Part shown: in pieces, positions 52,934-64,000 of the stretch
Layout of the letters: every line of letters begins with the position of its first letter
Position numbering within the stretch: position 1 is the stretch's first letter
Source: Phoronis australis
Taxonomy: Eukaryota; Animalia; Phoronida
Direction of reading: 5' to 3'
Length of the DNA stretch: 64,000 bases
Assembly (NCBI GenBank): GCA_002633005.1
Contig: NMRA01000129.1
Span: forward strand, 624,570 to 688,569
The notes under the pieces: model-generated
The model's input: only the letters and a program-made list of their open reading frames with translations
Database searches by the model: none
What the model was told of the DNA's origin: nothing
Position numbers and translations under genes: made by a program

Positions 52934-53040
52934 CACACGCAGGCACGCACGCTCACACGCACGCACAACGCACGCACGCAGGCACAAAAACACACACATA
53001 ACACGTACGCACACACACAAACACACACGTACACAGCTAC
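52889..53040. repeat. (GCAC)n/(CA)n compound microsatellite
   Basis: Read directly. Confidence 0.97.
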
Positions 53041-53469
53041 ACAAATATATCCCCGAGTGAAAAGTTACATCGATCAGCATACCTGTTAGCGGGGCTTGAA
53101 CTTTTCATTTTGTAACTGTAGAAAAACACTCAGAATTCATACGTCACCTGTTCCCCTGTTCCCGTAAAATACTGACACGTGATTTTAACACCCAAAATGT
53201 CTTATTGAAAAACTCCTAGCATGTCCTTTAGTTTGATAAGTTGTCGAAAGTGGCCCCAAAAATATTTCCGGTATCCACTCGGCGCGTATAAGGAATGACC
53301 AGTGTAGCTTGTCAGACTTGGTGACTAATTTGACAGGGACATCGCTAGTTGCATGGAACTGTAGCTCAAGAATTTCGCTTAGCAGAAATGACGAAATAAA
53401 AATGAACATGAAGCAACGCATTCAGCTACCAGCATAGATCGCATTAACTCGTCTTCGCAGCACATTAAC

Positions 53470-54075
53470 CCGTTACAAAATAGATTAAATAAATGCGTAA
53501 ATGAGTTAACGCGAACGCGTTGACGAGTAAAACCCGCACGCATTTCCTAGTGACACACTTGGAGTTCCATACCGAATAAACAGCGCCATTGAATTGTTAT
53601 TCGTACGACTGTGTTTGGTGTGAGCTCTTCCGGTTCCGCCTCGATGTATTGTCGGCTGCGAATTAAACTCGTTAAACCATGGTTAAACTTACAACTCATT
53701 GTCTAGTTTATCTGGCGTGGTGGCAGCGACATGGCTACAACCCGAGCTCCAAAACAGTGGCCGCTCACTAAAAATGAGACCATTACTTCATTTGATAGCT
53801 GGAGGCAGAATTTATTATACATCCTTTCATTGGACCCTCACTTTGCGCCATTTCTTGTCGACGGCGTTAGTTGGCTAAAAACAAAAAACAGCCGCTGCTC
53901 CACTGCGTGGTCTGACGGACGACCCCGACGACACCCCTGAACCGCAGCGGCGTTCTGCTCACATGAAACTGGCTCATTTAGAACTCCTACTGGGACAAAT
54001 TGCTAATTTTTGTCCCGTCGTATCCCGTAATTCTATCGTGAAGTCATCCACCTCTGTCCAGGACATTTGGCAGAA
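53470..54075 (+). mobile_element. Truncated Gypsy-type LTR retrotransposon 5' end (LTR remnant, tRNA-Leu PBS, gag start)
   Basis: TGGTGGCAGCG at 53718-53728 just before [35 protein letters not shown]...[33 protein letters not shown]; frameshift in A-run at ~53880; left boundary approximate. Confidence 0.75.
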
Positions 54076-54545
54076 AGCAGGTCACGTGCGGGAGTTGGGA
54101 TTCCATGTCTAGTGTTCTACACAGTAAGGTAATTTGCGCTGTAGTTCTTAGTACATTTATTTATTCATATTTTCCTTGTTACATTAATTTATTCACATTT
54201 TAACTCTTCAAACAAACTCTGTTAGTGCAAATACAATCTGGTCTTGGCTCAAAATTCGAATAGTATCAAGGCAAATAGATAAATCTCAGTCATTTCATTT
54301 CTGACAAGATTTGCTTTTCTAATTAATTTAGCTCTAGAATGACTTTCTAAAACTTTCACATATACAAAATACGTTTTCAATGGTATTGTTACAGCACTAA
54401 AACAATATGCCATTTTGAATGTACAAGTCATTTAAATGCAACGGTGGTGCTTTAGATCCTGAGTAGGCATCACGTAGCATTCAGTCTCCGATGAGAGCGT
54501 GTGCATGGTTTTTAGAAATCACTCCACACTGAAAAATGGCTGCAA

Positions 54546-54740
54546 TCAACACATAGGAGCGTCCTTAAAAACTCCGAAAACATTAATCAAAAGAAACGTA
54601 GTGACATTGAGCACGACTAGAAATCCCATAGAAAAGCTTCCAGCAGACATTAACTGTTCTTTGCATGAATTTCGCAATTTCACGGCGAGTGCAACTTTTA
54701 CATAACCCCATAAAACAGTCATCATTAGCCAGGCAGACAC
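54546..54740 (-). CDS. SLC52A3: SLC52 copy B exon 3
   Basis: tttcAG|GTG; VSAWLMMTVLWGYVKV...FKDAPMC*. Confidence 0.88.
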   Translation of the reverse strand: MSAWLMMTVLWGYVKVALAVKLRNSCKEQLMSAGSFSMGFLVVLNVTTFLLINVFGVFKDAPMC

Positions 54741-57700
54741 CTGAAATATATAAAACGACATGTTGGTAGCCCGTTACCACTTGACATTACATCGTTATCA
54801 ATTTACAAACTGATAAAAGAAAATATCTAAAGTCACGTATAGCGCCCATACTTTGCTTTGGAATACAGTCTTAGAGCTGCGATTTAGACTCTGTCCGCAC
54901 AACTACATTTCAAAAACCTTTTTTCAACGAATTTTCGTATCGTTTTTTCTGTCCACACAAGTACGCCTGAAGACATAACCTTCTCTTTGCATGTTCAAAA
55001 ATTTTTTTAACCTCAAAGTTTTCCGTCCAGAAGAATACACTAATAGAGTTGTGGTTGGCGAGTCGAAACGTTTCGTTTTCGCCGTCTGCACGAATGCAGG
55101 GAAAATTCGTTTTGAAAAGGAACCGTAGCACAGAAACGCGGCCGTTTTCATAATTTGCGATTCGTTGTCATTGTAGTGGATACATGGGGACGGAATGTGT
55201 AAGCGTAAAGAATACGTTACGCTGTCAAATGAAAACCAAGTAAAAAATCGTGTGGAAGTGGCCGTGACGCTTCTCAGAATTTGACATGACAAAAACACTG
55301 GACTGGAGTCGCAGGTTTGATCTGACAATCACACCATATAAGGTTTAGTGCAACTGAGTACTTATCAAGAAAATAAACGACTCATCAATAAAGATAGCCA
55401 CAAGACGTGTCGGTCAGTTTGAAGGTCAGTTTGAAGAACAGACGACAGATTTGACCCGAAATTTAAGTGATAACTAGCTGAAATACGTGCTTCGCACGGT
55501 TACCAGCTAGTGTAAGGGAATCAGCTTTAGCCGGTTTACGCTAGGCATGGTTAGTTGCCTTGGTGATACATGCTTCAGTTAGGAAACAAAAAAATATCAT
55601 GTAAAAGCTGTGCTGTTATCAATACTTATAAGTGTATTTTGCTATTGTCACACATTCTTTTTTCCTTATCTAATTTCATTTTTATTGAATGCCATTGTTA
55701 TCTCACCGTACACAAATGTGATGGTGGTAATACCACGAACTACATACACGCATTGTAACTTTATTACCACACCTCAAATTCGAATGTACAGGTCTTTTCA
55801 TGAATGTAGGTTTCACGTGTTTAGCTGCAGTGAACAAAGTCCTCAATCAAATTATCTTGGTGCTATTTCCATCATAGTAGAGCATGGAGTCGTTTGCTTT
55901 GCAAGCAGAATGTGGCAAAGAGAAAGCGCAGTGGCATTGGTATGAAGAATACAACAGCTTCTGCCGAACATGTCTTACACAGTGTTCGACCTTCAGCAAA
56001 TAAATGTGCTGGCTCACAGGGTCAGTTACTTGATTATGAAACTACATCCGCATGCCTATACGTGAAAGTTTACTGGCCCGACCGCAAATCTACTGGCCCC
56101 GGGCCCCTGTCACGGTGTATTTTGAGGCGCTGGTCTCACACTGTGTTGTCTTCCAGCAAATGGAGTCTAAGCACATGCCTCTTTCAAAGTATCCAGTACC
56201 AGATCTTGTATTGCAGGCAGATATTCAAATGACGTTCGATTGGGTTCATGGAAGATTAGTGTTCGTAGGCTGCAAAGTTCAACGACCATCGCCCAATAAA
56301 ATTCTTTGCTCCCTCTTTTCCAATTATGAAGATGAAGTTTTCAACCAGTAATCGAGATTTTAAAATAGTTATATACAAAAAGGCATTTCCAGTTTTGAGT
56401 TATTTTTTATAGTAACCAGTATACCTGTAAAAGAGAAAAGAAAAACAACGATCAAATATACTGGGGAGCCATTTTGATACATCAGTGTTCTCCACGACCA
56501 GTTTTAACCTGTCGCTTCAACAGGGTAGAGTTTAATTAAAAATAATGCTAGGACCACACAAAATCTAGCCAAAATCACGTGTTCTCATTTAAAAAACACA
56601 GCAACATCTCACGTAATCTTGCTTTTCAGCGAAGTTCTAGCGTTAGTGAACTCAGAGCAGCTTTGCCGGTGCTTCAATCAGGTTTGAGTAATCTGCAACA
56701 TATACGGGCTTTTATGCCCGTAACAAAGAACGCATGCCAGGTCGAGTCCAGTTCAACCTAAGTTAGGTCTTTCTGACAGGTTTAAACTTGAAAACTTTTA
56801 ACCATTAAAAGAAAGTGTCCAGAGGGATAATGTCATTCTGTACCGATCCAATGGGACAAAAGGTTAACCTAGATAGACATTAACACCTGACCTGATGCGG
56901 GAAACCCGAACACTTGAAACTGTCTTTTGTTTACAATTTAATTTGAACCCAAAATGTTGTGGTGATTGCACTACTGCATATGACCATAATATTCCACAAC
57001 AGGACTGATTCCACGCACATCTGAACTTAATGTCGATATTAATTATTAAAACGGGAAACGAGAAACTTTTGAACAGTTGACTATGTGGGCTAGTAGTTCA
57101 GCCTACGCCGGAGCTAAAGAAAAACGTGACTGCAGGGGCCTCGTTTCGCTTTCACAAACATGGACAAAAAGAGTGGATTTACACATATCTTTGGCACTGC
57201 GCACTAAAAACAAAAATAAGGGATGAGATCTTGGCCACTTACCTCTAATACAATTAACGGGAAGAATAAGCGAGGATCTCTGACCTCGTCATGGTGGATT
57301 CTTAATAGATCTCTCTATATGAAACACCCGACCGCAGCACACAGATTACTGACGACTACGCGGTGGCGAACAGGTCAGTGCGCATAAAATACCGAGGTCG
57401 CCCCTTTGCTTTACTCGAATTTCAGAAAACTATTCAACGTTGACATAGTTTCTTTGAATTCTCTCACACCGCCGAATATTGAGCACGCGACCTAGTAGGC
57501 GTAAACAGTAAACGCAGGCCGCGGACGAATCCGAATTGCGTTTGACATCCAGAGAGTAGCGCGTATGCCGGATCGACTGAGACCGCGACTCATTAAGACA
57601 AAGGAAAAGAAAACGCCGGGGATTTGCAGCCACAGAACCCGGCGCTTTTCCGTCGCGGGAACAATTGGGAAGGAGGCGTCGGGGCCGGGGGCGGGTGTCC

Positions 57701-60000
57701 TCTCGAGTTGTTTCTGTCCGACGGAGTAGAACGGCAGTTGCCCACTCTACATCCGGGTCCGAAATCAGCGTTTTAACATACAGGTAGGCCTACTTCTTGT
57801 GCACAGCAGAGCAAGTAAAAACTCCAACCTAAGAAATACAAACATTTCGTCTTGTCTACGAAGTTGCCGAAGGGCATATCTGAGATTTTACTAATTAGTC
57901 ATTCCCATGACATAAAACTCGTTCGCACAACTTCTGCAACTCATCCCCACGACTATAATGTAATACGTTCGCAAAAGTTAGTTGAAAGGGTACCAAACCC
58001 GAACCTAAAACAATTTTGCTATTCAGATCTCCGAAACAAGACAATGCTCTGTAACCGTTGACAACGCTCAAAAGTTTGGGAAAATTGAAAAACTCCTTGC
58101 AAAACATATTTAGCAAATTTGAACATAATTAAAGTGGACGATAAAGCGTGCATCTGTTACCCCCAGAGTATCCAGCGAAGTTCTCGTCACATCAAAGGCT
58201 TGATGGCGCCGAGAGTATGAATTTCCGGCTTTTATCATCCAAGTGGGACGCCAGTGATGCATTAGCAGAAACAGGGTTTAGTGTCCTTTAGCAATTCATT
58301 GTTACAGGAAAACTCTTTTTTTTCTATATACATCCATTCGGGTATCCGTACTTATGTGAGGAATAACAAGGTAAAATCAACCGTTTCACTGCATTTGCTC
58401 GCATCGGAGCTCAAGAATGGAATCTAGTTACCGCTATAACAGGTCCGGTAACCGTGTCTTTCATAGGAGGGTACGGACTAAGTGCAGCCAATGAAATTAT
58501 ATACACAGACGGCACCAGTCCCAGCAGTGTTATACAGGTAGCCACTTTAGTCGAGCGAGTGGGAAAGATGTAGGCAACAAAACTGGATATCGGAAGAAGG
58601 ACACGATTGAGACGGTTTCCCAAGCTGAAGGGGAGGTTGCCTGAAAAGAAATACATTGAGTCTTTAAATTATTGTACAAGCTGGTGCTTCTTAATGTCAC
58701 CAAGTGTGCGTGTGAGGTGTAATGTAATTTGAAATCACGACAATCCAGTAATCAGTACCGAAACCTCTTTGAAACTAAAAAGCTGATTTGGTTTCACTGG
58801 TTTTTGTTGGTGTAGATTATATTAGTCTTTTTTTGTTTTATTGGAAATTAATGAGACACACCAAATCAGCTTTAATCTATTGGCCTTTTACATTCAAAAG
58901 AGTTGCAAACATTAAGAAATGTCTTCATATGTGATCTAATGTGTATTCCTACATGTTTCAGGTGCGCTAATCAACTTACCGTACGGCAATAATGAATAAG
59001 TCTGAAGAGGATACAGCACACCGTATTGTATGCCATATTGTGCGCCATACTGAGAAGCAAGCAGTACATACTCCCAAAATGGCAATTTGTCTGTTCCCTC
59101 CGCCTCAGTATCCGTTTCATCAGTTTTGTCTTCGTTGCGTTTTTTTTTCAGGAAGGCTTCTTTTGTGCCACTGTCGCGCTTTTTTGTGTCATCACTGTCG
59201 TTGTCTGTGTCTCCACTTGAAACATGGTGTTTTTTACACCACGGATGAAAGTTAATGAGAGCGAAAGATAGAAAACTGAGGGCCAGAATTGTGCTTATGA
59301 GGGACAAAAATGCCTCTATAGAAAAAAGGGGATCTCGTAACACAGCTTCAACCTTCCACGTGAGGTTGTCACGCGAGAAGTTATACACTGAGGGAGCTTG
59401 GGATACGTTTCTTAATTCAAACCTGATGTGGTCGTTGTAGGTGCTATCATTAGTAGTTGGCGGTACTGTCGCGTTGACACAGTCATATTCACCTGCTCCT
59501 TGTAAAAAAGCAAATACTGACGGAATGAACCCACAAAGGCCTTCTCCAACAAAAAAGGCCGACACGTACGCTTCAGGTAACCGCGAAAGGTAGGCTAAAA
59601 ATGCCACCGTAGATGTGGAATCTACTGTGGAGAGGAAGAAACATAAGCACAAGAATGCAAGACTTCGCGGTTCGCCACCAATAACAACTGTCTTGTGCCA
59701 GAAAAATATTAGCAAGACGCTGCCTATGAAACCTGTACCAATTACGATGAAGATGACGGGAACTTCACGGAAGATCCGAGGTTTGTACTTGCTACCCAAG
59801 TTATATATGATCGGAAAAATGGCCGTTGCGTCACAGATGAGGAGAAGATAGCTTGGTAGAGCCCAATACTCCGGAAGTCGATTCACTAGCAACGGAAGTT
59901 CTGCCCATAACGCATCCATGTCAATCCACGAAGAAGTGTTGAAGAGAATTACCAAGATGTACAGAGGAATGGAAATGCAACCGTCTTTTCGAGTCCCCAT
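54546..60000 (-). CDS. SLC52A3: SLC52-family riboflavin transporter (SLC52A3-like), copy B; exons 58980-60000, 58432-58640, 54546-54740; 474 aa
   Basis: Same exon lengths (1021/209/195) and splice sites as copy A; intact frame. Confidence 0.9.
55472..57790. mobile_element. Probable Helitron-like insertion(s) specific to copy B intron 2
   Basis: Homology with copy A breaks at aagtgata|actagctg; end motif aactagctg..cgtgcttcgcacg..cagctagt hairpin; right boundary uncertain. Confidence 0.45.
58432..58640 (-). CDS. SLC52A3: SLC52 copy B exon 2
   Basis: AG/GTAACT sites; NLPFSLGNRL...GPVIA. Confidence 0.88.
58980..60000 (-). CDS. SLC52A3: SLC52 copy B exon 1
   Basis: ATG to G|GTAAGT, 340 codons + 1 nt. 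Confidence 0.92.
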
Positions 60001-60899
60001 CTTGACTGGTAATCTACAAATGAAAGATGGCGAATGATGGGAAGACGTGAACGCATCGTTATCTTTATTTAACTTTCAGATTCATGTACACTATACTAAG
60101 TTTTATTGACGTCGGGTGAGTCATTAAATTACGATGATGCAATTGTAAACTGTGAGTTCCTAAGGTACGTATTTTCAAGAGGATTTTCAGCTTATCAAGT
60201 TTGGTCAGATACTTTACAATAGCACCCATAGTTCTCAGCACATTCCCAGGCACGTCCGATGCTTTCTCGAAGACCGCCTTATCTTTTTGTAAATACAATT
60301 CCAAGTTCCCTTTTCTATACAACGAGCTTTCAGTTTGAGGCCCATTTTGATTATCTGCCGTGATCCTCACGACTCAATTCCATAAAAGAAAATTGCCATT
60401 GTCGTACATCTACTAAAGTCGATGTTTGTAACTGGAAAACGCTTCTAAAGGCTATTGTGCAGGCTACGTACGCTATCTGCATCAGTGAGATACGCACGTG
60501 ATTCCAAGTGAGATAAGAGGGCATTACCCTACTTTTTCGTATCAATGTCGCCCAGCCTGCCCAAATGTTATTAGAACAAAACACGTAGGCCTGCACTAGA
60601 CTGCTAGGGGTAGGGCATGCTTGGGGGGCATTTTTACTTAGGTATTGCATGAAGGTCAAGTGAATGTGGTTTGTTTGTATTTGTGAACATGGTGAAAATA
60701 AAAAATACCACTTGCTCAGCTGTAGTTGCACTCTTGTTCAAGATGGCGGCCCCCTGTTGGAATTGTGCACCGTTGGGTAGTGACTGAGAAATTGGCCGTG
60801 ATTTCAAGTGGCCCCGGCTCAAACAAGCCTGATTTGCAAAAAAAAAACTAGTTGTGTTGACGCCATGCATCATTGTCATTGGTTCTTAATTGTGTTACC

Positions 60900-61253
60900 A
60901 AGAAACTATTCTACCGCAACCAATTGCATTCACGTTATATTGAAGATGAACGAGTTTTAAAACGGATCATCCATAATAATGTTAAGACCGTTAAGCCAGA
61001 AGAAAGCTTTAAATTAATTATATATTACCAAAACCATAAAACTAAAGATCTTGTTGTTAAAAACAATATGTGCTCAAAGTCTGTCCGAGTGTTAGCCAAA
61101 ACTGACTTGATTTATCAGTTCACTTGTCCCCACAACGAATGTATTCGTTCAAACACTGATTGCTCAAGGTATGTTGGTTATACAACTTGCACTTCATCTC
61201 GCCGGTTATCTATGCACTTACAGAATGGATCAATTAAAGATCACTTCCAAACA
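60900..61253 (+). mobile_element. Penelope-like element fragment (linker plus GIY-YIG endonuclease), cut by N gap
   Basis: KLIIYYQNHKT...DLIYQFTCPHNEC...YVGYTTCTSSRRLSMHLQNGSIKDHF. Confidence 0.8.
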
Positions 61254-61647
61254 NNNNNNNNNNNNNNNNNNNNNNNNNNNNNNNNNNNNNNNNNNNNNNN
61301 NNNNNNNNNNNNNNNNNNNNNNNNNNNNNNNNNNNNNNNNNNNNNNNNNNNNNNNNNNNNNNNNNNNNNNNNNNNNNNNNNNNNNNNNNNNNNNNNNNNN
61401 NNNNNNNNNNNNNNNNNNNNNNNNNNNNNNNNNNNNNNNNNNNNNNNNNNNNNNNNNNNNNNNNNNNNNNNNNNNNNNNNNNNNNNNNNNNNNNNNNNNN
61501 NNNNNNNNNNNNNNNNNNNNNNNNNNNNNNNNNNNNNNNNNNNNNNNNNNNNNNNNNNNNNNNNNNNNNNNNNNNNNNNNNNNNNNNNNNNNNNNNNNNN
61601 NNNNNNNNNNNNNNNNNNNNNNNNNNNNNNNNNNNNNNNNNNNNNNN
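61254..61647. other. Assembly gap (N run)
   Basis: Run of n. Confidence 1.
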
Positions 61648-62460
61648 TACAAAGGGCCAAGCCGAGCACACCAGCCCGCGCACATCTAGTACAACGTGTA
61701 CCAGACCGCCTTTAATTATTTTTCAAATGTCAGCTTTGGACCATTTTATTTTTTTTGAAACCCCAGAAATTAACGTTCCATATTTCATAGATATGACCTA
61801 GATACATTCTGTTTTATCTATTTTGGATTTGAGACCAGAGAACTTTGGCAATTTGTGCAGACGATCCAACATTTTTCAAACGATTTATCCAAAGCGTCGG
61901 TTACAATGTAGTGCCATCAGCATACTGGAGAATTTTAATTTTGCAATTTCCAAAAGTGATGCCTTAATCAACGTACCTGTTGGCAGGGCCTGAGATTTTC
62001 ATTTATAATTGCAGAACAAACACTCAGAATCCAAATGGCATTTCTGTTAAAAAATACTGTCAAACACTTTTAACACAAAAATCTCTTGTTGAAAAACTAG
62101 CATGTTCTGAAGTTTGAAAGGTTGTCGAAAAAACGGCATCCAGCCATGGCCACAGGTAAGTATGTAAAGGAATTACCAGTGTAATTGTCAAGTTTGTTGA
62201 CTAAATTGACAGAGAAAAAACTGGTTGTCTGGTTCTATACCGGTACTTCAAGACTTTCGCTTGATGAAAAAGCGACAAAATAAAACCGAAGATAAAGCAA
62301 TGACATTAGGCTGATAACTACAACACTTTATCAAAACTCAGTCAAGTGGACGACAGGAAATTCCCAATGCAAACTCTCGCAGCAAGACTCGGGGTCGTGC
62401 GGGAGATGCATGTCTAGATTTCTATGCAACATAGTAACAAGGTAATTTCCCCGGTAACTC

Positions 62461-62462
<2 letters not shown>

Positions 62463-62506
<44 letters not shown>

Positions 62507-62533
62507 GTTATTATTATTATTATTATTATTTAT
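62463..62533. repeat. (TTA)n microsatellite, likely the (AAT)n 3' tail of the adjacent LINE
   Basis: Read directly; lies downstream of the LINE ORF end on the - strand. Confidence 0.92.
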
Positions 62534-64000
62534 TTGTTATAGTGACATAAGGGTGACAGTAAATACAATCTCAAAGACAGAATATTCCCCACACCCCTCC
62601 CCCTCCCCAGCCTCTATGGGCTTACTCAGTCACCTAATAATAATTAAACCATTACATATCATATCAAATATGACCAGTTCAGACTAGTTTATAAACAAGT
62701 AATACTTCTTACCAGCAAAGCGTCTTGAATGAATTTAGCTAGACCTTTCAAGTTATTTCGGAATATTTGAGGTAGGGCAGCATCCCGTATAAACATGGTC
62801 GAATATGAGTATATTTTCACAACCAAAAATGAAATGATCATCATCTTCAATTCCATTTTTACAAACACGACAAATCCGTTCATTCACAGGAATTCCTAAG
62901 TACCGTCCCACCTCAACCTCTAATGGTAGCGCCCTGCTCTCAATCGAGCTATGACGGACCTCTGAGACACCGGCAAACGTAAATACTCTTCTACACAATA
63001 GCCATTCTTATCAGATCCATATAAGCACAGTTTTGGTTTCTCAGTGATTATTTTTAACCAGTTTAACTCTTCTAACTGGAACCTGAATGTTTTGAAGTTT
63101 TCGAGAGACACAATTTGTTTGTTCCTGAAATTTTCTAAAAAAACGCATATCTCGATAATTTTAAATATTGAACTTGACCAATTGCAGGAGTTCCGATGTT
63201 TAAGGTCCCATAAAAAGACTTTCTTTGCAATTCTGCTTTCATCCGTTAGAATTAAACGATTCCAGAGCCTTAGCACATTTTTATGTTGTTTGCAGTGCGA
63301 ATTTGGCCAACCCGAGTCGCCATTAAGTACTGAAATGGCAGCATACTTGTGGACCCCTGAAAATATACGTAGTGCTCACGTTCTGATCATTACGCATTTG
63401 GAGTATTGAGAGTATCCCCAAATTCCTGATCCATATTCTAGAACTGAAACTACCGACATTTCAAAACATTTACTGTAACTGTTCAAACCCATGTTACCAA
63501 TATGTTTGTACTTGCCCACCAGAGCTCCCCATCATTCTGGACGCGGAGTCTGCCAGTATCTTAGCTGTCAAACTGAAATCCATAAACTCATTCTGAGTTA
63601 CACCCAGATACCATATAACATTCTCTTAAATTCACAATGCGATCGCACAAAATGAATTCAAAACTCGTTCTTACATGTCCGCTCTTGCGAAAATGAACCA
63701 AATCAGTGTTGGAAAAAATTACAGACATTTGCCACCTTGCACACCAATTAGTCACTCAATACCTTCAGTAAATCATGCAAATAGATTTCATTACCACAAA
63801 AAATCACAATGTCATCTGTTGTCATGTTACAACTGTTCAAATCATTAATCAAATCATTTATGAAAATTGAAAACAATATAGGCGACAGTGAATCTCCCTG
63901 CTGTTATAGTATCGTATTACTATATAGCGTAGTCATATATTGCTGTGAATGAAGTAGTTCTCTCGGTACTTAGACTTCAAATATAAACCTACTGTTCTAA
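62534..64000 (-). mobile_element. Degenerate LINE (RTE-X/CR1-like) RT and C-terminal CCHC region
   Basis: QGDSLSPILFSIFINDL..DDIV RT motifs near 63800-63900; LRLWNRL..SRIAKKVFLWD; LPLEVEVGRYLGIPVNERICRVCKNGIEDDDHFIFGC; frameshifts and stops. Confidence 0.85.

Noticed and set aside
52796-53089. Cys/Val- and His/Thr-rich ORFs
   Set aside because: (CA)n/(GCAC)n microsatellite translations
62424-62687. Poly-Leu signal-peptide-like ORF
   Set aside because: Translation of the (TTA)n microsatellite at the LINE tail

Overview
AT-rich, intron-rich animal genomic DNA from a draft assembly with N gaps. It looks like a marine invertebrate, but the species cannot be called from sequence alone. Genes: (1) the 3' exons of an unidentified + strand gene at the left edge, with an LxxLL motif; (2) a near-complete multi-exon TTC13 orthologue on the - strand (7449-37556), for which I phased 21 exons by hand, with one conserved exon missing, probably in the N gap; (3) two intact tandem three-exon SLC52-family riboflavin transporter genes on the - strand (45138-49142 and 54546-60000), with signs that the array continues past the right edge. 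The rest is transposon and tandem-repeat material: Helentron/HINE-like elements, TTAA-flanked Kolobok-like elements, THAP-domain remnants, a Penelope-like GIY-YIG fragment, Hero-like and RTE-X/CR1-like LINE fragments, and a truncated Gypsy 5' end with a tRNA-Leu primer-binding site. The most unusual structure is a dispersed element family whose internal ~150-bp repeat units each carry a co-oriented CTCF-consensus-like motif; one copy appears to have spawned a 37-bp satellite. I found no prokaryotic or CRISPR system. All family assignments come from recognising motifs by eye, not from database searches.
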